64,000 nucleotides of DNA from an uncultured Pseudomonadales bacterium (lineage in GTDB: Bacteria; Patescibacteriota; Microgenomatia; UBA1400; PJMF01), in assembly GCA_964583795.1 (NCBI GenBank), contig CAZOWX010000005.1, forward strand, positions 861 through 64,860, in the 5' to 3' direction. The notes beneath the pieces are model-generated. The model searched no databases. It saw only the letters and a program-made list of their open reading frames with translations, and was not told the origin of the DNA. The translations under genes and the position numbers were made by a program. This document shows, piece after piece, positions 20,359 to 29,889 of the stretch; the stretch's first letter is position 1; each line of letters begins with the position of its first letter.

Positions 20359-21168
20359 ATGGATGAAATTATTCAACCTAATCCGACAGAAGAAATACAA
20401 TCCCCACTTGTAAAAAAAAGAAAAGAAGTTGTTTTCACAGCCAATGACGACGCTTATAGTTTCTGTGATTCTGTGCAAGTAAGTGGTCTACCGATGGAAT
20501 TTAAATTATGGGTTGTTTCTCTTCTTAAGAAGTGGAAATTGTTAAATGCAGATGTATCGGATCTTTCAGATGAGTCGTATCATTCAGTACTCCTTCAAGC
20601 AAAGGAGAAACTGACAAATGAAACTGTTGCTCTAGATTCACTTGCTGATTATTCTGATACTTACGAGTGCCAATACTCTAATGAGGAAAAACAATCACAT
20701 TCTGATTTTTTAGCTTTAGAAAAAGCAATTAATGAAGTAGTTATTTTTAAGAGCTATTTTGAAAGTACAACTTTTACTGTGGTTATTATTAGAAAAGATG
20801 GTAAGCGTCAGGTATTTAAAACTATACAACCTAAAAGACCTTTTGAATCGATACAAAACGATTTAGAAAAAAAACCACAAATATTTCCTGATTTTCAAAT
20901 TGTTAAATTAGAAAATGAAAAACTGGCAATATTAGTAGATTGGATTGAAGGTCACAATCCACAAAACGATGAAGAACGTCAAAAATGTTTACAAGCTGCA
21001 GAAGAACTCAAAAGTTTACAAAATGAACAAGGGACTGGAGATTGGAAAAGTAATTTAGATCTAAATGATTCCAACTTCAAAATTACGTCTGAAGGCCAAG
21101 TTTATTATATTGATCAGCATCTTATTTTAGGTTTTATCAATTACGGTTTTAAAGAAAGCAGTTCCTGA
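20359..21168 (+). CDS. Hypothetical protein with kinase-like C-terminus
   Basis: AT-rich; LVDWIEG..LDLNDSNFKITSEGQVYYID resembles a kinase catalytic loop; TATACT 8 nt before ATG; stop codon lies inside repeat E1. Confidence 0.65.
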   Translation: MDEIIQPNPTEEIQSPLVKKRKEVVFTANDDAYSFCDSVQVSGLPMEFKLWVVSLLKKWKLLNADVSDLSDESYHSVLLQAKEKLTNETVALDSLADYSDTYECQYSNEEKQSHSDFLALEKAINEVVIFKSYFESTTFTVVIIRKDGKRQVFKTIQPKRPFESIQNDLEKKPQIFPDFQIVKLENEKLAILVDWIEGHNPQNDEERQKCLQAAEELKSLQNEQGTGDWKSNLDLNDSNFKITSEGQVYYIDQHLILGFINYGFKESSS

Positions 21169-21293
21169 TTTGTTCCACGACGGGGAGCTGACACAACATC
21201 ACACCTATTGATCAATCTTTTTTCACAATACGATTCTCTAACTTACTGCCTTAAGCAGAAGAGCGCAGACCTTCCTCGTATTGGATACCTCGA
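21155..21293. repeat. Junction element E1
   Basis: aaagcagttcctgatttg-ttccacgacggggagc..ttttttcacaatac..accttcctcgtattggatacctcga. Confidence 0.75.
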
Positions 21294-21398
21294 GAAGAAA
21301 GCTTGTCAGGCCATTATATCGAGGGAAAATACAGTGTTTAGTTTGTTGACATACCACTTGCAAATGTCCACAAAATAAGCTAATATGTTGACATTACT

Positions 21399-22583
21399 AT
21401 GAGTGATGTCAACAAACCTCAAATCGGTCGCTATATCAAACAAATGGAGGGTTTTCGGGCCTTTACGCCCTTTGCCTTTCCACCCAAAGAGCTCGTGTCT
21501 GTCTCGCCAGCTCTTTATAAGAAGCATGAGGAAGCAGTTCGCCTAATAGGGAAATTGGATGGAATTACTCGTTTACTGCCAGATAAAGACTTCTTTTTGC
21601 TCATGTTCGTCAAAAAGGATGCTACCTACTCAAGTCAAATTGAAGGTACTCAAGCGACTCTGCAAGATGCCATAGCAGCTCCTGTTACTGAAGAACAATC
21701 AAAACTTCCTCCTGATGTGGATGACATTATTCACTATATTGACGCTGTTAATTACGGTACAAACGAGTTAGCAAAGAAATTACCCCTATCCTGGCGATAT
21801 ATTTGCGAGATGCATGCTCGATTAATGAAGGGGGCAAGAGCTACTCAACATGCTTATCCTGGAGAGTTTAGAAAAAGCCAGAACTGGATTGGTGGTAAGA
21901 CTCCTGGTGATGCAACTTTTGTACCTCCAGCAGTTCCTGATATGAAGAATGCCTTAGACGATCTAGAGAAGTTTATTCACGCCCAAGATGATTTTCCTAG
22001 TCTAATCAAGGCAGGGCTTATACATGCCCAATTTGAGACGATTCATCCATTTGTTGATGGTAATGGTAGAACCGGCCGCATGCTCATTACTTTGTTTTTG
22101 CATGCAGCAGGTTTATTGGAGTTACCAGTCTTATATCTCTCGAGCTATTTCAAAAAGCATCAAAAAGTGTATTACCAGCGATTGAATGACTATCATGACG
22201 AGAATGCCAATGTAGACGCTTGGCTACAATTTTTCTTGGAAGGAATAACTGAAATGGCAACTTCTTCGATTGAAACCTGTGCCAGGATCACTGATCTGAG
22301 TGATCATGATTTTGCTAAAGTACAGCAACTTGGCTCTCGGTCAGCAGCTATTACTCTTGAGATTATTCGACACTTGTTTAGTCAACCAATCGTGGGTGTA
22401 GCCGAAATTATAAAGTGGACTGGCTATTCACGCCAGGGTTCTTACAACACCATTGAACGACTGATTGACTTAAAGATTCTTGAGCCGTTTGGTGACACTT
22501 CCTATGGCCAGAAATATATCTATGCAGATTACTACGCATTATTTGATGAGGAGTTTGCGAAGAAAAGGGTAACGAAGTCATAA
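21399..22583 (+). CDS. Fic family protein
   Basis: HPFVDGNGRTGR Fic motif; SSQIEGT; C-terminal HTH-like region. Confidence 0.95.
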   Translation: MSDVNKPQIGRYIKQMEGFRAFTPFAFPPKELVSVSPALYKKHEEAVRLIGKLDGITRLLPDKDFFLLMFVKKDATYSSQIEGTQATLQDAIAAPVTEEQSKLPPDVDDIIHYIDAVNYGTNELAKKLPLSWRYICEMHARLMKGARATQHAYPGEFRKSQNWIGGKTPGDATFVPPAVPDMKNALDDLEKFIHAQDDFPSLIKAGLIHAQFETIHPFVDGNGRTGRMLITLFLHAAGLLELPVLYLSSYFKKHQKVYYQRLNDYHDENANVDAWLQFFLEGITEMATSSIETCARITDLSDHDFAKVQQLGSRSAAITLEIIRHLFSQPIVGVAEIIKWTGYSRQGSYNTIERLIDLKILEPFGDTSYGQKYIYADYYALFDEEFAKKRVTKS

Positions 22584-22636
22584 GGCATATGAAAATTAAA
22601 TCACTACAGATATCAAATGGATAGACTTTTTAAACA

Positions 22637-22720
22637 CTATGAAGATAGTAACAATGCACCAAAGATCTTCTTTGATAAAAACTTAGCGGCTTTCTGTTCA
22701 CGAGTTAAGATGTCGGCCAT
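22637..22720 (-). pseudogene. Short remnant ORF, possibly an internally deleted AbiEii-like nucleotidyltransferase
   Basis: MADILTREQKAAKFLSKKIFGALLLSS*; start overlaps the end of the 66-aa gene. Confidence 0.45.
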
Positions 22721-22905
22721 AACAGTGTTTGAAGATATCTTTTTTTGTCTGGATCTAAATGAAGTTTATCCCAGTACTTCTTCAAAGCGGAAGCAGAAAT
22801 TTTTGTGTCATTAAGCCCAAAATTAATGGCTTGCTCAAGTTGAAATATAGTCCACTCTTGAGTATTTTTCTTTAGCCTAATGGTATCTGTAGACCAATTG
22901 TACAT
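22705..22905 (-). CDS. Small protein of a type usually paired with AbiEii-like nucleotidyltransferases (putative antitoxin)
   Basis: MYNWSTD..LEQAINFGL..KKYWDKLHLDP..LLW; TAAAAT 6 nt before ATG. Confidence 0.7.
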   Translation of the reverse strand: MYNWSTDTIRLKKNTQEWTIFQLEQAINFGLNDTKISASALKKYWDKLHLDPDKKRYLQTLLWPTS

Positions 22906-22933
22906 TGTCGTATTTTATCATTTTTCAAAGCAA

Positions 22934-23065
22934 AAAGCAGTTCCTGATTTGCTCAACAACAAGGAGCATAACACTTCAATAGCTTTGGTATCTTCAAAAG
23001 ACAAAGTTGTCTACTGACCCAATGATTTTCACAAAAATATTTGAGTGATATGTTCTACATCTGGA
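22934..23065. repeat. Junction element E2
   Basis: aaagcagttcctgatttg (18/18 with E1), 11 nt, ggagc; gagcataacacttcaat is inverted against atttgagtgatatgttc; ends ctgga. Confidence 0.75.
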
Positions 23066-23141
23066 GAAAAAATTCCCTCTTGGTTTTTATGCAGCGAATA
23101 ATTTGATACAATAAGGGACAGTAACTACAATTTTCACCACT

Positions 23142-23936
23142 ATGACAGAAAATGTCGGTAAACACGTTCAAGAAGATTCAACAGCAGCAAAGCAGTCACC
23201 CGACGGAGCGACTGACTTTACTGACAAACAGTCTTTTGTTTCTTTTTTCCAACACGGATCAAATTCAACACTCCTTGTAGTAGCGGGACTCTTAATCCTC
23301 AGTGTTTTAGGCATTGGGTTTCTACTATCTCAACAAAACCAATATGACCAAGTTCCTGTTGGACCATTAAAACTTACTGTAACAACTACAGAACCCCAAC
23401 CCACAACAATTCAAAGCACAGCAACACCGACCATCGATACCAGTACTCCAACAGCATCCCCCACCGCATCAGTACAACCAGTGAAACCACTTGCCACCAA
23501 GAAACCAGCAAAACCAACTCCTACACCAATCACTGGAGTAGACCTGCGGTTTGTTGATGTGTTCTTTTATCCTGTGCCAGAACCCAATAAAGCTTTTACA
23601 CCGTGGAGAGTTGCAAATGGCGGTAGCATTACCGTTTCAAACGAGAGAAATGTTGGTGAGTTTAAGTTAAATGCCGTGCTCGTGAATTATGGGACTGAAG
23701 AATCGAAAAATATTTGGGTACACTACTTTATCGATGGTTCTCAAGTGCAAAAAGGTATCGCTTACTTACCTGGTAATATGGTGGCTGATGAGCTCGTTAC
23801 ACGCGATTCAGCACAACCGGTAAAGCTGCCCAACACCGGCACACACACAATCAAGATTGTTATTGATCCTGACAATCAGTCCAGCGATGTGAATACCGCC
23901 AATAACACATACACGTTCACATACTCGGTGAAGTAA
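23142..23936 (+). CDS. Membrane-anchored CARDB-like Ig-domain protein
   Basis: TM helix, Thr/Pro linker, VNYGT..GTHTIKIVIDPDNQSSDVNTANN. Confidence 0.8.
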   Translation: MTENVGKHVQEDSTAAKQSPDGATDFTDKQSFVSFFQHGSNSTLLVVAGLLILSVLGIGFLLSQQNQYDQVPVGPLKLTVTTTEPQPTTIQSTATPTIDTSTPTASPTASVQPVKPLATKKPAKPTPTPITGVDLRFVDVFFYPVPEPNKAFTPWRVANGGSITVSNERNVGEFKLNAVLVNYGTEESKNIWVHYFIDGSQVQKGIAYLPGNMVADELVTRDSAQPVKLPNTGTHTIKIVIDPDNQSSDVNTANNTYTFTYSVK

Positions 23937-23981
23937 TTCAAACAAGGATTGAAAAAATTGTATTATAAGGAGACAAACAAC

Positions 23982-24362
23982 ATGTCAAAATACGTTGATG
24001 GATTCGTTCTCATCGTCCCCAAAGACAAGATTGAGGATTACAAAAAAATGGCGGAAGGTGGTCGAGATGCGTGGATGAAACACGGCGCATTAGAGTACTA
24101 TGAGTGTCGAAGTGATGATCTATCTCCTCAGGAAATGGGAGATGAAAAAACACGTCGGTTTGATGACATGGCTGGAGCAAGCAGTGATGAAACAGTTTGG
24201 TTCTCTTTTATAGTGTTTAAATCAAAAGAGCACCGTGACGAAGTAAATAAAAAAGTGATCGCTGAGATGAGTGAACAGATGAAAGAACTCACCGATATGC
24301 AAATGCCTGTGGATATGAAAAGAATGGCCTATGGAGGTTTTCAAGTTGAAGTCGAAGGGTAA
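23982..24362 (+). CDS. DUF1428 (YbaA) family protein
   Basis: YVDGFVLIVPK..HGALEYYEC..ETVWFSFI..HRDEVN..KRMAYGGF; AAGGAG RBS. Confidence 0.92.
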   Translation: MSKYVDGFVLIVPKDKIEDYKKMAEGGRDAWMKHGALEYYECRSDDLSPQEMGDEKTRRFDDMAGASSDETVWFSFIVFKSKEHRDEVNKKVIAEMSEQMKELTDMQMPVDMKRMAYGGFQVEVEG

Positions 24363-24405
24363 ATCAGAACTCAAATCGTGGAAATGGAGCAATCTGTTTT
24401 TCGAT

Positions 24406-24501
24406 AAAGCAGTTCTTGGTTTCTATATTAGGAGTAAAATTAAGCTCGATTTTTTTCTCAATACATTTTTCAAAATATGGTTCGTGCCTGCCCTTGCTGG
24501 A
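24406..24501. repeat. Junction element E3
   Basis: aaagcagttcttggtttc..ggagtaaaattaagctcgatttttttctcaatacatttttcaaaatatggttcgtgcctgcccttgctgga aligns colinearly with 20249-20328. Confidence 0.8.
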
Positions 24502-24556
24502 TTATAGAATACCGACTAACTGGCAAGCAGACACAAACCTCAGTTAGGATCATTAC

Positions 24557-25417
24557 ATGAATTGGATTATTGCCAGTGTACTCATGTTTGTGAGTTCAGT
24601 CGCTTTGTATCTCTGCGTACGCAAGAGCAATACCCTAAAAACACCTCGGCAGCTGAGTAACCTGGCAATGTTTCTTATCCCAGTGCTTGTGTATCTGGGA
24701 GTAATAGTTAAAACCCCAACGAGTTTCGCACTTAAGCCATTTGAGTACTTTCTCATTGTGGTTCAAGGTATATTCTTTAGTTATCTTGGAAATGTATTTT
24801 CTTTAAAAGGAATCGAATATGCTCCAAACCCTGGATACAGCCTGATTATTTCAAAAAGTTATGTCGTTTTTACGGCTATTGCTTCAGTATTTCTCTTTTC
24901 TGCTCCACTTACGTTGAAGTCAGTGGTCGCGATGGCATGCATCGTTGTATTCTCAGCTTTCATCACAATCAACAAAGACAAAAGCAGAACTTCTTCGAAT
25001 ACGTTGTGGATTCCTTATACCATGGGTGCATTTTTTTGCTGGGGTTTGTTGGCCTTAAGTTCGAAATATTTACTCAATATGGGTGTTCCAATTCTGACTC
25101 GGCTCATCTTATCGATGTTAGTCGTCACCGTCCTAACATTTGGGGAAATACTATTAAAGAAAATAAATGTTTTTCGAATCAATAAACTTCAGATAGTAAC
25201 ACTACTGTCCATGGGAATGTTCGGTGCGAGCTATGCTTACTTCATGCAAGTTGGATTTCAGCTAGCTCCAAATGTTGGTTATGTGAATGCAACAAATGCG
25301 GCTTCAATTTCTTTACTCACCCTTATGTCTGCTTTCTTTTTTAAAGACGAACTAACAATCAAAAAAATGATTGGGATATTGGGTGTCACTGTCGGGTTGC
25401 TACTGCTATTCCTTTAG
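24557..25417 (+). CDS. EamA/DMT family transporter
   Basis: About 10 TM helices in two repeats (APNPGY / APNVGY; FFKDELTIKKMIGI). Confidence 0.9.
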   Translation: MNWIIASVLMFVSSVALYLCVRKSNTLKTPRQLSNLAMFLIPVLVYLGVIVKTPTSFALKPFEYFLIVVQGIFFSYLGNVFSLKGIEYAPNPGYSLIISKSYVVFTAIASVFLFSAPLTLKSVVAMACIVVFSAFITINKDKSRTSSNTLWIPYTMGAFFCWGLLALSSKYLLNMGVPILTRLILSMLVVTVLTFGEILLKKINVFRINKLQIVTLLSMGMFGASYAYFMQVGFQLAPNVGYVNATNAASISLLTLMSAFFFKDELTIKKMIGILGVTVGLLLLFL

Positions 25418-25534
25418 CTCGATAACACAGAAAGATTGTGTATTTTCCGACAAAAACACTAATTTCCACTGTAATTTGTAGTCTCAAATTGAGAACAATG
25501 GACTCAAGTTCTTAAACTCTGCTATACTCAACGT

Positions 25535-26199
25535 ATGAGAAAAAATAATAAACTGAAAAAAACTTTTCGCCTGCAACCAATCTCAAGAAAAAACCTTTTC
25601 AATTAATCATAATTCTTTCACTAATAGCTGTTATTGGAATACTTCTACTACTCATCGTACGGATTATTCAATATAAAAAGAGTCTCATACCTGTTGACAA
25701 CCCTATCCCAACTCAGAGCTCGACAATATTTACTCCTTCAAAAAAAATATGCGATGTCTATGGTGTGGTTGAAAATGATGTGATAAGCGAGCTACTCGAT
25801 ACGTATACCGTAAAATCAGGAGATACTCTCATCAGTATTGCCAACAATGTTTTACATAATCCTGACTCTGTCAGTGATCTCTATACATTAAATAAAAATC
25901 GATATCCAGGATTACAAGAGAGATCGTCAATTGAAACAGGTTGGAAATTACTGCTTCCAAATGAGGAATTAATGAAACGAAAATACTCGGTGATTTGGAA
26001 AGCATCTGGCAACATTTTTATTCTTGAGTCTGGCAAGTTTGTCATCAAGTCACAAACACGCTATGTGCTGGGAGCACATGAAGTGAGCGCACGGATGCAA
26101 AAAAGTCTTGGCAATATTCAAGATGGAGATTGTGTTGTTGTTTATCTTGGTCGTGGCAGCGGTTGGGATAGCGAAGTGTATCTTCTCAAGAGTCAATAA
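25535..26199 (+). pseudogene. Membrane-anchored LysM protein interrupted by a 1-nt frameshift in an A7 tract
   Basis: ATG 25535 (after TATACT) is out of frame with the TM+LysM frame (YTVKSGDTLISIA..LYTLN..IETGWKLLLP); one extra A at 25556-25562 fuses them. Confidence 0.7.
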
Positions 26200-26256
26200 G
26201 TTGCAAAACAATTAATGAAATGAATAAGAAACACAAACCGTTTAAACATGTTTGGA

Positions 26257-26296
26257 AAAGTAGTTCAGATTCTATCAAATACTCCTTCACGTAGAA
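26257..26296. repeat. Collapsed/degenerate junction element E4
   Basis: aaagtagttcagatt (arm A-like) followed closely by tactccttcacgtagaa (arm B-like). Confidence 0.45.
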
Positions 26297-26381
26297 GCAC
26301 GTACAACAAAATTTCTCATGTATTGTTAAACGCAAACTAAAAGTCTCAATTCTCTTTTCTGCTCTTTGTTATAATCACTTC

Positions 26382-26915
26382 ATGGACGTCATCACTTTTT
26401 CTCAACAAACAAAGCAAGAGGCCGATAAACTCTTGCAGTATGGAAATGTGTTGGCAGTGCTATCACAGTTTGGCACTGTAGTACTATCCGGAAGTTATCA
26501 ATATAACCTGATGTATGATCCTGATATTGATTTGACAGTGTTGTCAAACAATCCAGAAGAAAGCTCGTATCAAGCTTTACTCGAATTTATCAAACAAAGA
26601 AAATTCCAAAAATACGAGTTTGGCGATTTCTCTACATTCCCGCATCAGAATCGCCCAAAAGAAATTATTCTCGTTTTAGTTCATGAATATAACGGTCGAA
26701 GGTGGGAAATTGAAATATGGTTTAAAAAACGTCTGTCCGAAATTGACATCAATTTTGAAAAATTAATCTCAAAGGTAACGAAAGCACAAAAAGCCAAAAT
26801 TCTGGAACTCAAACACCAACGGTCTACACAAAACATCTCGAAGCAAACATTGAGTAGTGCAAGAATCTATAAGCAAGTTCTCTTAGGAAAAGAAACTGAG
26901 TTGCCTGATTTATAG
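26382..26915 (+). CDS. Nucleotidyltransferase-fold hypothetical protein
   Basis: LSGSYQYNLMYDPDIDL (GS..DxD) and WEIEIWF. Confidence 0.7.
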   Translation: MDVITFSQQTKQEADKLLQYGNVLAVLSQFGTVVLSGSYQYNLMYDPDIDLTVLSNNPEESSYQALLEFIKQRKFQKYEFGDFSTFPHQNRPKEIILVLVHEYNGRRWEIEIWFKKRLSEIDINFEKLISKVTKAQKAKILELKHQRSTQNISKQTLSSARIYKQVLLGKETELPDL

Positions 26916-27006
26916 ACACACCACTTCATCTCATTTTTTGTACCATTTCAAAAGAAAACTTTTTATCCTTCCCAAAACTTCCCTCTTGTTTTTTTCGTAA
27001 CCAAGA

Positions 27007-28125
27007 ATGATGATGAAATCAACTATGAAACAAAAACTGCCCGTTATTGTTCTTTCATTTTTTCTCCTAGCATTTTTTTCAAAACAAGCCAAAGCAGCTG
27101 AAGTTGAGCTTACTTTAACTGATGACACGTATATTTTTAATAATAGTCCTGACTCAATTTACGGCAGTAGTAACACATTAACAATCGCTGCTAATGAGCA
27201 GGGCTACAAACTCATACTTCTCAAATTTAGCACATCCAAAATTCCCACTGGTTCAACGATTAACTCTGCAGATCTACTTATGACTAGTTCTTCATGCATC
27301 GGCGACTTCTCAAGACCAGAACTCAGGCTGAGTTATGCTGATAGAGAATGGAATGAAGAAACACTGCGTTGGACTTCCCGGCCACGAAGTGGCATGGACA
27401 TCGATGTTATTGATGGAAAACCTGAAGTTAAATCTTTTGATGTTACTCAAGCTGTGAAAAAGTGGTTTGATCGCAGCACAGAAAATAATGGGGTAATCAT
27501 GGAATTAAATGGCGGTCCGTACTCGTGTAATTTTTCTTCCAAGGAAAAAAGCAGTACCGCGGTTAACTTAATCGTCAACTATACGGCCCCCAAAAAGAAC
27601 CTTATTTTGACCAATACGTGGGATGTCCCTGATCTCACACTCCAAAACACAGATTTGAATGTGCCCACTAGTTTGACTGTTTCACCAACCAGTACTTTTA
27701 CACCAAGTCCCAGCGAGACTTTAACGCCTGACGTCCCTGCAGAAACCATTGTTCCAACAACTCAACCGGAAACTACGATATTTGTTACTCAACCACAACA
27801 ACCCAATAGTCAGCAGGATGAACTTGAAGTGAAAGCACCCCCATCAGAAAAAGACTCTCTTGAGAAACAAGAAACTACGTTAACCTCCCCTCAAATGACG
27901 TTCGGACTCATCGTGCTTGTTGCTGTCCTAGGTGGTATGGTCCTTATGAACTTTATGAAAAAGTCCTCACCAACAACAATAGTAGTCGAATCTGATCATG
28001 AGGGGTCACACACAGGCCATAAAGAATCGCATACACACAAAAAAGCCACAGAAAAAGAGAACAGTGATTCTGAAAACCAAGAAAACGAAGAAAACGAAGA
28101 CAACTCAAACTTAGCTGACAAATAG
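27007..28125 (+). CDS. DNRLRE/CBM96-like surface protein with C-terminal TM
   Basis: DDTYI..PDSIYG..LLKFS..IPTGSTINSADL..WNEETLRW..FDVTQAVKKW..NNGV..FSSKE. Confidence 0.8.
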   Translation: MMMKSTMKQKLPVIVLSFFLLAFFSKQAKAAEVELTLTDDTYIFNNSPDSIYGSSNTLTIAANEQGYKLILLKFSTSKIPTGSTINSADLLMTSSSCIGDFSRPELRLSYADREWNEETLRWTSRPRSGMDIDVIDGKPEVKSFDVTQAVKKWFDRSTENNGVIMELNGGPYSCNFSSKEKSSTAVNLIVNYTAPKKNLILTNTWDVPDLTLQNTDLNVPTSLTVSPTSTFTPSPSETLTPDVPAETIVPTTQPETTIFVTQPQQPNSQQDELEVKAPPSEKDSLEKQETTLTSPQMTFGLIVLVAVLGGMVLMNFMKKSSPTTIVVESDHEGSHTGHKESHTHKKATEKENSDSENQENEENEDNSNLADK

Positions 28126-28186
28126 ACTTATAGCGTTCATCAAACAACTCAAACGAAGTAGTCTTTCTGCAGTATAATAGCTCTTC

Positions 28187-29809
28187 ATGTTACTCGAAGC
28201 TATCAACCTCTCCAAACAAGTCGGAGCGAAATATCTGTTTACAGATCTATCGTTTAGTATTGTCGAGGGTGAAAAGGTCGCTCTGATCGGCCGAAATGGT
28301 CATGGCAAAACCACCCTACTCAAAATGTTGAGTGGTGAAGATCATGATTTTGAAGGCAAACTCACATTCAAAAAAGGGGTGAGGATCACAATGACCAAAC
28401 AAGAACATGTTCAAGAAACTCAACAATCAGCTCTGGAATATGTCTTAAAAACTGCTCCACATTATTATGAATATCAGAAAATTTTGGATGAGTATGAGCA
28501 GGGGTTAAACACCGATCTTGATCAATACCTTAGCGCTCTGGAGTACTTTACTGAGCACAACTACCTTAACATCATTGATGCCGTTTTGAGCATGCTCGAA
28601 GATTTCCATATCAACAATGCACTCGCCCATGGACCACTAAAAAATTTGTCCGGTGGAGAAAAACGCTATGTCGAGATGGTCCGGATGATGTTTTCTCAGT
28701 CAGACTTATTTTTAGTTGATGAGCCAACAAACCACATGGATTACAAAGGCAAGCAGAGGTTTATTGATTGGATGCGGGCACTCAAAGAAACAATTATCGT
28801 GGTAACGCACGATCGCGATGTGCTGAAGTACGTCGATAAAATCATTGAGTTGAAAGATCAAAAAATCACCATTTTTAAGGGGAACTACGATGACTACATC
28901 GGACAAAATGCGACGCGAACACTGACCTCAGTGAAGCTGTACTCAGACCAGCTCCAACGCCTGAAGGAAGCAAAAAAGCGCGTTGAGTGGGGCTTGCAGA
29001 TGCGTGCCAAAAGCAAGGAGTGGAAAACGCGCTACGATCACTGGTTACGTGATTACGAAAAACTCAAATTACAAACCGTAAAACCTTCTTTTTGGATCGA
29101 TCAGGACTCAGTCGAAGCTTTGGATGACAAGGTCGTTGACTCGTATCATAAATTTAAAGAGAAAAACATTAAAATTTCGGTCAACACAAAAGGAAAAGGT
29201 GCTGGTGAGCTAGTTTCCGTCAGAAACCTAACACTGGCATATGAAACTCCAATATTTCAACAACTCACATTTACAGTAAGCGATACCGATCGCGTATTTA
29301 TCAAAGGCAAAAATGGAGCTGGAAAGAGTACTCTGGTGCGCACACTCATGTCACTATCACAAGAACAAGCGCCCAAGGCAAAACAGATCGATGGAGAAAT
29401 TAAGTTAGAAAATAATATTCGGATTGGTGAGTACCAACAAGAAATTCATGAAAAATACTTGGAGATGCCTTTAGAAGACGCAATCAAAATCAGCTTCTTA
29501 GAAAAAGATATCAAAATGGCTGATCATGAAGTGAAAAAAATGATGGCTCAGTACTTGTTTGATCCGAAAATGGATGGTCGACAAAAAATCCTCAACTTGT
29601 CCGGTGGCCAAAAAGCTCGTTTTCAGCTAATTAAAATGTTTATTGGTGATCCCAATTTACTTATTTTAGATGAACCCACCAACCACCTTGACCTGCCTTC
29701 AATAGAAGAGCTGGAAAATGCTCTGGATAAATTTACAGGTGGAATTTTGTATATTTCCCATGATACGTACTTTATCAATCGCATGGGTGGAAAAGTTGTA
29801 GAGTTATAA
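28187..29809 (+). CDS. ABC-F family ATP-binding protein
   Basis: Two ABC cassettes (GRNGHGKTT/LSGGE/DEPTNH; GKNGAGKST/LSGGQ/DEPTNH), no TM. Confidence 0.93.
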   Translation: MLLEAINLSKQVGAKYLFTDLSFSIVEGEKVALIGRNGHGKTTLLKMLSGEDHDFEGKLTFKKGVRITMTKQEHVQETQQSALEYVLKTAPHYYEYQKILDEYEQGLNTDLDQYLSALEYFTEHNYLNIIDAVLSMLEDFHINNALAHGPLKNLSGGEKRYVEMVRMMFSQSDLFLVDEPTNHMDYKGKQRFIDWMRALKETIIVVTHDRDVLKYVDKIIELKDQKITIFKGNYDDYIGQNATRTLTSVKLYSDQLQRLKEAKKRVEWGLQMRAKSKEWKTRYDHWLRDYEKLKLQTVKPSFWIDQDSVEALDDKVVDSYHKFKEKNIKISVNTKGKGAGELVSVRNLTLAYETPIFQQLTFTVSDTDRVFIKGKNGAGKSTLVRTLMSLSQEQAPKAKQIDGEIKLENNIRIGEYQQEIHEKYLEMPLEDAIKISFLEKDIKMADHEVKKMMAQYLFDPKMDGRQKILNLSGGQKARFQLIKMFIGDPNLLILDEPTNHLDLPSIEELENALDKFTGGILYISHDTYFINRMGGKVVEL

Positions 29810-29889
29810 ATCAAATGTGTTTTGCTCAATAAGAGACATTGTCTGCTAATAAGCGTAAAGTATCTTCGCCAACCTGGTATACTGTATGC

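Noticed and set aside
20231-26296. CRISPR array or classical integron
   Set aside because: Repeats are separated by whole genes, there are no cas or intI genes, and I see no consistent RYYYAAC/GTTRRRY attC cores
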